Source: Alteromonadaceae bacterium (GTDB lineage Bacteria > Pseudomonadota > Gammaproteobacteria > Enterobacterales > Alteromonadaceae). From it: a stretch of 32,000 nucleotides of DNA. The stretch covers positions 4,914-36,913 of the forward strand of contig CBDIDQ010000114.1 in assembly GCA_965277695.1 (NCBI GenBank), given 5' to 3'. Each line of letters opens with the position of its first letter. Within the stretch, counting starts at the first letter, position 1. Shown in pieces: positions 26,173 to 32,000 of the stretch. Under the pieces are notes generated by a model. The model was not told the DNA's origin, did no database searches, and saw nothing but the letters and a program-made list of their open reading frames with translations. The position numbers and the translations under genes are program-made.

Positions 26173-27618
26173 ATGTTTGAATCCGATGCCGAAAGCTGGG
26201 CTGAAAAAACTTTCGGAAAAGCGCAGTTGAATGACAAAAGAAGAACAAAACGCTTGGTTAAGGTCGCCGCTGATATGGCCGACGGGGCGGGCAAGTCAGT
26301 AGTTAAAGCGAGTAAGGATTCTGCCAGTATTGAAGGGGCCTACCGTTTTATTGAAAATAATTATGTTGATGCGTCAGCCATCGCTCAGGCCGGTTTTGAA
26401 ACAACGGCGGCAGAATGTGCTGAGCGCCGTCTTGTTCTTGCGCTCGAAGATACCACAGGGTTAAGTTATACACATGATGTGTGTGACGATCTTGGGAATA
26501 ATCCGGCAGGCAAAAACCGCGATGTCAAAGGCCGCTCACTTTTCCAGCATTCTATTCTTGCGCTAGATGCAGACACGGAAACCGTGATTGGCTTGGCACA
26601 TCAACAGAATTATATTCGTAGTGAATTACCAAAAGCGTTGAAAGGTTCCGGTTCAGCCCGGGCGCGGCGACCTAAAGAGGAGAAAGATAGTTATCGTTGG
26701 GAAGAATCTGCTGCCAAAATGGACGAAACCTTCATCCGAACTGATAATGTGATTCATGTGTGCGACAGAGAAGCTGACTCATATGAGTATATGGATCAAC
26801 ATTTAAATAACGATAGGCGATTTATTATCCGGTGTCAGCACAATCGAGCGCTTCAATTGCCCAATCATGATAAGACCGTCAAATTAAAGGATATGATAAA
26901 CTTTCCGGTTGCGGCTGAACAATCCCTTAAAATTGAACAAAAAGGGAAAAGTAAAAACACCAAAAATAGACCCGCTCGGACGGCGAAAATGGGCATCAGT
27001 TACCATTCAGTTTCCTTCAAAAGAACACATGACGCCGATAAAAACACCCGAGATGAAATGTCGCTGAACTTAGTGATTTGCCGTGAGCTTGACTTACGCG
27101 GTGAAGCGTCTGATTTATGCTGGTTTTTATACACCAATGAACCAATCAACACGATAGAAGATGCGCAAAAAATTGTTCGCTACTATGAGTTACGTTGGCG
27201 GATAGAAGATTTCCACAAAGTTTGGAAATCAGAGGGTACTCAGGTTGAAAAACTGAGGCTGCAAACCCGTGCCAATACTGAACGCATGGGTACCATTTTA
27301 GCGTTTGTGGCAGTGCGGTTGATGCAATTAAAGGAGATGGCCGAAAATAAAGAAAAAGCCAAACAGCAATCCTGTGAGCTCATGTTCAGTGTGGTGGAAT
27401 GGCAAATGCTGTGGTTGAAAATAGAGGAAAAGAAACTCCCGACAGAACCGCCTTCCATTTTTTGGGGTTATTATGCATTGGCGAAACTGGGCGGCTGGCA
27501 CGATAGTAAAAGGACAGGACGAGTGAGTACGAAAACTATTTGGGAGGGTTGGGCGGCGTTAATGCTGATGCTTGATGGACACCGAACCATGACAGAAAAC
27601 ATTGCCCTATCAGGATGA
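26173..27618 (+). CDS. IS4-family (Tn5/IS50-like) DDE transposase
   Basis: 481 aa, against 476 aa for Tn5 Tnp. The N-terminus, WAEKTFGKAQLNDKRRTKRLVKVAADMA..GKSV...IEGAYRFIENNYV, parallels Tn5 WAKSVFSSAALGDPRRTARLVNVAAQLA..GKSI...QEGAYRFIRNPNV. It also has ALEDTTGLSY (first DDE Asp region) and YYELRWRIEDFHKVWKSEG (YREK region, compare Tn5 YSQRWRIEEFHKAWKTGAG). Confidence 0.9.
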   Translation: MFESDAESWAEKTFGKAQLNDKRRTKRLVKVAADMADGAGKSVVKASKDSASIEGAYRFIENNYVDASAIAQAGFETTAAECAERRLVLALEDTTGLSYTHDVCDDLGNNPAGKNRDVKGRSLFQHSILALDADTETVIGLAHQQNYIRSELPKALKGSGSARARRPKEEKDSYRWEESAAKMDETFIRTDNVIHVCDREADSYEYMDQHLNNDRRFIIRCQHNRALQLPNHDKTVKLKDMINFPVAAEQSLKIEQKGKSKNTKNRPARTAKMGISYHSVSFKRTHDADKNTRDEMSLNLVICRELDLRGEASDLCWFLYTNEPINTIEDAQKIVRYYELRWRIEDFHKVWKSEGTQVEKLRLQTRANTERMGTILAFVAVRLMQLKEMAENKEKAKQQSCELMFSVVEWQMLWLKIEEKKLPTEPPSIFWGYYALAKLGGWHDSKRTGRVSTKTIWEGWAALMLMLDGHRTMTENIALSG

Positions 27619-28065
27619 ACAACGGTCAAATATTAGAGGATGTTCCTCAAAATACACACAAAAAGTGGACAGTCTAGCAGCGACGGACTTGAACTGATGA
27701 TTCTGCCTGTAATTAATTTAGCGCTGATCATATAACATCATCTGGCAATCATCGGCATTGAAACGGTTAAGTATGAAAAAGGAACTATCGCCAAAATTAA
27801 AATTGGAAATCCTCACCGACTTACTCGTATTGGTGTGCATCACTAAGGCTCTGCGCCACTGTACAAGAGCCTGCTCTCTAAAAGGTAATCACAATCATTT
27901 GATATTACCGCCTTTTTAGGGGGCGCGACGGCTCTATGTTTCGATAAAATGTAACAGCACGTAGCAACGCCCACCTTTTGTAGATAAAAAAGATAATGCC
28001 CAAATTTATTCGCAAAATCAGCAATTACGCTAAATAGTGACAATCAAATTTAGATAGTACCATTA

Positions 28066-28084
28066 AAGATGTGATCAAGAGACA
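28066..28084 (-). repeat. IS right terminal inverted repeat
   Basis: The plus strand reads agatgtgatcaagagacag; its reverse complement is CTGTCTCTTGATCACATCT. Confidence 0.85.
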
Positions 28085-28265
28085 GAATGAATTCGCGTCT
28101 ACCGTAAATTTTAAAAACCCTAATAATCATAGAGATAGCTGAGGTACATGTCAATGCTACAACCGCCTAGCGGCAAAGTTATTTGATAAAGAACTATCCA
28201 GACGTCTAAATGGCTGTTATAGTCATGACAACTTATCATTCTAGACGGCTAGACGGACACCAATA

Positions 28266-29267
28266 ATGGCTTTGGCATTACAACAAAAAATTCGCCACCC
28301 TCATCAGGGGGTTTATCTTTTTGGCACCACACCACCAAAATCCGGGCTTGATGATGCCCGGGTAGAAGGCATCGCCCATAAGTTGCTGAGTCGGTTACAG
28401 GGATTGCAAACCGATGGTTTGATTATTTATGACATTCAAGATGAAAGCCGCCGAGTATCAACACCTCGCCCTTTTCCGTTCAAACAAACCATTGCCCCCA
28501 CCGATTACAGCCAGCTATTACAGCGCTTGTCTGGATTGGATGTGATCACTTATAAAAGTGTCACCCAACGCAGTGCCGGCGCATTTAAACAATGGCTCGA
28601 CAACAGCCAACAAAGCGCTCAGCTAGACAATATCGTATTGGTGGGCAGTCCTTCCTCTGACGGTGAGATAAAATTGAGCTTGCCCGATGCCTGCCAAGTG
28701 ACACGCACAGATCACAGCAAAGTGTTTTTAGGGGGGGTTACCATCGCTGAACGCCATAGCAAAAAACGCAACGAACACCGCCGATTATTGGAAAAAACCA
28801 AACAAGGTTGTCAGTATTTTATTTCTCAAGCGGTTTACGATACCCAAGCCACCATTGATTTGCTCACCAGCTATGCACTGCTCTGCCGTCAGCAAAATAT
28901 TAAAGCCAAACGGGTGATCTTGACGTTTACCCCTTGCGGCGGTGAAAAAACCCTCACGTTTATGCAATGGCTGGGCATTTCAGTGCCACAAGCCGCCCAA
29001 TCACGCATTCTGAGCGCCGACAGCCCGCTTGATGAATCGATTGATATTTGCCACCAAAATCTTAAACACATCCTCAACAGCTGTGCCCATTTAGATGTGC
29101 CGCTAGGTTTAAACATTGAAAGCCTGACCAACCGAAAAAGCGAAATAGAAGCATCAGTGAATTTATATCAATTGCTTAAAACCACCATGGAGAATCATTT
29201 AACCCTGTTGAGAACAACCGAAGCCCAAAATGAAATAGATACTGTGGATGAAGTTTTAGCCGCGTAA
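28266..29267 (+). CDS. Methylenetetrahydrofolate reductase (MetF/MTHFR)-fold family protein
   Basis: 333-aa ORF. By-eye matches to E. coli MetF blocks: [10 protein letters not shown] vs FEFFPPRT; IVLVGSP vs [38 protein letters not shown] vs [59 protein letters not shown] vs IIPGILPVSNFKQAKKFADMTNVRIP. Confidence 0.65.
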   Translation: [333 protein letters not shown]

Positions 29268-29367
29268 ATGTGCGGGTAATAATAACCCGCGCTTATTCTA
29301 TATTGGTCAAAACCGCGTTTGTGTATTAAATTAACTTCATCGTCCTTGGTTAATCGCCACGCTTGAG

Positions 29368-29742
29368 ATGGATTTTATGAATAACACAACGCAACAAACC
29401 CAACTGTTTCTTAAAATGACTCAGCAGTCAGGTAATCGAACACTGATCAGCGCTTTTGATGATTTTTTTAACAGCGATATTGACAATAAACATGTGATCT
29501 TAAAACGTTCGATTGTTTACTTTTATGATAAACACACCATAGTCAACTCCCTTCCCTGCCAACAAGCCACCGCCGACGACAATATTTATACCTTTGATGG
29601 TGAAAAAGTCGCCCGGGTTGCACCACAGTTTTTTCTCGGCAGTGCCGCACTGATGGCCAGCACCGCAGCCTTTAGCGCCGGTGCTGCCAATAACAATAAT
29701 AACAACAACAATAATAACAATAACGGCAACAACAACGGTTGA
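29368..29742 (+). CDS. Hypothetical protein ending in a hydrophobic segment and a poly-Asn tail (candidate radical SAM substrate/precursor)
   Basis: 124-aa ORF; ATG 29368 or 29377, with no strong Shine-Dalgarno. The C-terminus is ..APQFFLGSAALMASTAAFSAGAANNNNNNNNNNNNGNNNG. The stop lies 6 nt before the next gene's ATG, and all flanking genes share its strand, which suggests one transcription unit. Confidence 0.5.
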   Translation: MDFMNNTTQQTQLFLKMTQQSGNRTLISAFDDFFNSDIDNKHVILKRSIVYFYDKHTIVNSLPCQQATADDNIYTFDGEKVARVAPQFFLGSAALMASTAAFSAGAANNNNNNNNNNNNGNNNG

Positions 29743-29748
29743 TATCCT

Positions 29749-30585
29749 ATGGAATTTATACACATAATCAATGGGTTAGTTACCCTGATAACCGTCATCT
29801 TATTTTTCAAACAAAGCCGTTTGTTTTTCAACAGTCGGCGCAAACACCGCAGCCTATCGAACGCACCACTGCTTAGCGCAACAGCCGAGGTCGGAGATTA
29901 CGTGCAATTTCACGGTCATTTGGTACTGACGGCAACAGAAACCCCTTTTGCTAAACAAAAATGTGCTTATTGGGGCGCAACAGTACGGGCTGAGTTCACC
30001 ACCAAAAAACCCAGACCCGCTAAAGGGATGCAAACCCACCAGCCTGTGATTTACAAAAAAGACCGAGATGATTTGCCTTTATTGGTCGCTGATGATCAAC
30101 TTACCGTGCAGCTGGGATTTACCAACAATATTGCAGTGGTCCTCAATTACCAGACCAAAGAAACTCGCAGCAAAATCCCACCATCAGCCGAAATCGCCGA
30201 GCTAGCCAAACCAAAATACCAAACCTATGTAGTGCGAGAATCCTGGTTACCTCAAGATACCCCGATGGCATTGTGGGGCATCATAGACAGCGCCAATAAA
30301 AACTGTATTACCCTGGCGGGTGCAAAAGATCAGCAAGAAAGTAAACAGCAACCCGCTTTTGCCTTTCATGGTGAAGCCAGTCAATTATTGGCTCATTTTG
30401 TTGCTAAACGAAACCAGTCAATCGAAATGTTAATCGCCATCACCATTCTCGTTGCCAGCCTGTGGAGCTGGATGCCGCAGGTATTACACGATGCAGTCAC
30501 TGGCGTATTAGCCATTGCGTCACTGGTACTGTTGTTAATAGGTCACCATGCCAGCCAGCAAATGCCTTTTGATGGCTATAAATAA
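29749..30585 (+). CDS. Membrane protein (N-terminal TM helix, soluble beta-rich middle, two C-terminal TM helices); possibly GIDE-like
   Basis: 278-aa ORF. TM segments are IINGLVTLITVILFF, MLIAITILVASLWSW and VTGVLAIASLVLLLIG. From memory, the segment after TM1 (EVGDYVQFHGHLVLTATETPFAKQKCAYWGATVRAEF) resembles the start of bacterial GIDE-domain proteins. That assignment has low confidence. Confidence 0.65.
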   Translation: MEFIHIINGLVTLITVILFFKQSRLFFNSRRKHRSLSNAPLLSATAEVGDYVQFHGHLVLTATETPFAKQKCAYWGATVRAEFTTKKPRPAKGMQTHQPVIYKKDRDDLPLLVADDQLTVQLGFTNNIAVVLNYQTKETRSKIPPSAEIAELAKPKYQTYVVRESWLPQDTPMALWGIIDSANKNCITLAGAKDQQESKQQPAFAFHGEASQLLAHFVAKRNQSIEMLIAITILVASLWSWMPQVLHDAVTGVLAIASLVLLLIGHHASQQMPFDGYK

Positions 30586-30596
30586 GGAAGATCAAC

Positions 30597-32000
30597 ATGA
30601 CAGCCCCAGTACTATCAACAGCAACAGCCAATAAGTTCATTCACCTATTATATGCACCGACCAACTTTTGTAATATGGGCTGCAAGTATTGTTATTTAGG
30701 CACTGGCACCGAAGAAAAAAACCTTGCCAGCCAAGTGGTCAGCACCTTAGAACATGCCATCAAGCAGTTTTTGGCCGAAGATATCATTCCCTTTAACCTA
30801 TCTTTTCATGGCGGCGAAGCCACTTCAATTCCACCAGCATCACTGGCAGAATTATTCAGCTTTTCAAAAAACTACTACCAACAATACGGCCCGCAAATCA
30901 AGCAGGCAGGATACCCACTCAACCCCATTCACATCAAAACCAACCTGTTCAATTTCGACCGCTTATATGAGTTGTTTGATCAATATGAAGTATCAATTAG
31001 CGGCAGTGTTGATTTGCCGTTGTTCTTACATGAAAAATATCGCACCGATAAACGCGGTCGTTCGACATTAAAGCAGATCAGCAAAAACCTCAAATTATTG
31101 GCTGATTACCCCCATCACAAAAAAATATCCTGTGTGGTCACCCAAGAGCATTTGCGCCATCTTGGACCAATTTATCGCCGATATCAAGTATATTCACTAC
31201 GATATTGGCCTAGATATGAGCAAGTTCAACATCATGTTTGCTTTTGACAGCAACAAAAACAGCGAAAAATTTGGCGAGAAAATCACTGGCACTGAGATGT
31301 TGACTCAAGCCCAACAAGTGGCATTTATATCGGGGCACTAACACGGCTGAATTTAGTGGTACAGAGTTGGAAGCGGGTTTAAAACAGCATTGGTTCAAAG
31401 AGTTCACCCCGGAATTTTGTTGTAGTGCGGTAAACTGTGGTGATAAGTTCTTTTTATTGCAGAGTAACGGTGATGTTTATGCCTGTCCGAGGGGTCAATC
31501 TTCCCGTGATTTCTTTTATGGTAATGTATTTAAAAACCCCATAACGACTATTTTGGCCAATGGCTGGCAAACCATTGAGGCATTAGAAAACCGCCTAGAT
31601 GCCGATGAAGAATGTTTCAGCTGCTCATATTTACCCTATTGTAATCAGGGTTGTGTATTTGTTCGCGATCAAACCCGCTTGACCAAAAGCTATACCTGCC
31701 AATTGCAAAAAGAATTATACCAAGACAACCCCGAGCGATATCCCGCTTATGATGATCAGTACATCAAACAGTACGCCGCCAAATACAAATATCGTAATAG
31801 TATTCAAAGCTTTAAGGCCAATGAAATTGAAACCGTCAAACCCAGTTATATCACCCCAGAACTGTATGAAGATGAAAACTCACTGTCTGCACTGATAGCA
31901 GCCGATGAAGTGCTGCAACATATTTATTCTGATGATATGTTTGTCATCGAAGTCGATGGCGTTGATTACACCGTCGCCAGCCCAATATTGCAAAACAGCA
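30597..32000 (+). pseudogene. Radical SAM / SPASM-domain enzyme (peptide-maturase-like), interrupted by two +1 frameshifts; 3' end beyond the window
   Basis: GGAAG precedes the ATG. Frame 0 carries HLLYAPTNFCNMGCKYCYLG (CxxxCxxC) and LSFHGGEAT. The sense reading moves to frame +1 at the CCC run 31141-31143 (..ISCVVT | KSICAILDQFIADIKYIHYDIGLD..). It moves to frame +2 at the GGGG run 31332-31335 (..QQVAFISG | TNTAEFSGTELEAGLKQHWF..). Frame +2 then stays open to 32000 and carries a SPASM-type Cys cluster: FCCSAVNCGDKFFLLQSNGDVYACPRG ... ECFSCSYLPYCNQGCVF. Confidence 0.8.

Larger units (their letters stand above)
26016..28084 (+). mobile_element. IS4-family, IS50(Tn5)-like insertion sequence, 2069 bp, apparently intact
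   Basis: It has 19-bp terminal inverted repeats, CTGTCTCTTAGTCACATCT on the left and CTGTCTCTTGATCACATCT on the right (reverse complement), matching at 17 of 19 positions. From memory, the right end differs by 1 nt from the IS50 inside end CTGTCTCTTGATCAGATCT. The flanking direct repeat is AATGAATT(C) at 26008-26015 and 28085-28092. Removing the element restores an intact copy of the 76-bp repeat. Confidence 0.85.

Noticed and set aside
27843-28043. 66-aa minus-strand ORF inside the IS tail as a passenger gene
   Set aside because: It has no convincing ribosome-binding site or recognisable motif, and its composition is unremarkable. It is kept only as a note under the IS-tail finding.
29500-29843. 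Minus-strand ORFs 29500-29763 and 29586-29843 with poly-Ile/Val or poly-Leu runs
   Set aside because: These are artefacts of reading the (AAY)n tract on the opposite strand, where GTT/ATT codons yield Val/Ile and TTG codons yield Leu. They overlap two better-supported plus-strand genes.
30754-31407. ORFs 30754-31071 (+), 31132-31341 (+) and 31210-31407 (-) as independent genes
   Set aside because: ORF 31132-31341 is the middle, frame-shifted segment of the radical SAM gene. The other two are shadow frames within it.

Overview
This window looks like a chromosomal segment from a marine gammaproteobacterium. That origin is inferred from a GlyGly-CTERM sorting tail, a Tus homologue and REP-like hairpins; no organism can be named from the sequence alone. 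No rRNA, tRNA or CRISPR array was seen.

Gene content, left to right:
- 1-7730 (-): a tightly coupled operon of very large secreted proteins. It holds an alpha/alpha-toroid plus CarboxypepD_reg-like protein, a 1229-aa cadherin-like/Ig-like protein, and a transglutaminase-like protein that runs off the left edge.
- 8507-9940 (+): a secreted protein with two PPC-like domains.
- 10063-10275 (-): a small six-cysteine secreted peptide.
- 10490-12082 (-): an AAA ATPase with a PD-(D/E)XK tail.
- 12563-14167 (+): a membrane-anchored TPR protein built from near-identical 126-bp repeats.
- About 14.4-15.5 kb: two diverged small-ORF cassettes, each ending in a roughly 215-bp structured, attC-like repeat.
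- 15836-16843 (+): a tyrosine recombinase.
- 16874-17776 (-): a homologue of the replication terminator protein Tus.
- 17869-19137 (-): a DUF917 protein.
- 19325-24370 (-): a roughly 1680-aa M36 (fungalysin-type) metalloprotease with six Ig-like repeats and a GlyGly-CTERM tail.
- 24579-25514 (-): a LysR regulator.
- 25806-26015: three 76-bp tandem repeats. The third is split by an intact IS50-like IS4-family element at 26016-28084.
- 28266 to the window end (+): an MTHFR-like protein, a 124-aa protein ending in a poly-Asn tail, a membrane protein, and a radical SAM/SPASM enzyme broken by two homopolymer frameshifts.

Two observations deserve the most attention:
1. An asymmetric motif, ATCAGTCTACCTT[C/A]AA, occurs four times around tus. 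Three copies face one way and one faces the other, and one copy abuts the tus start. This fits a very compact Tus-Ter replication fork trap.
2. The radical SAM/SPASM cluster with the poly-Asn-tailed protein resembles a RiPP system that I could not match to a described family. It may be decaying.

All domain calls come from reading motifs by eye. No database search was run.
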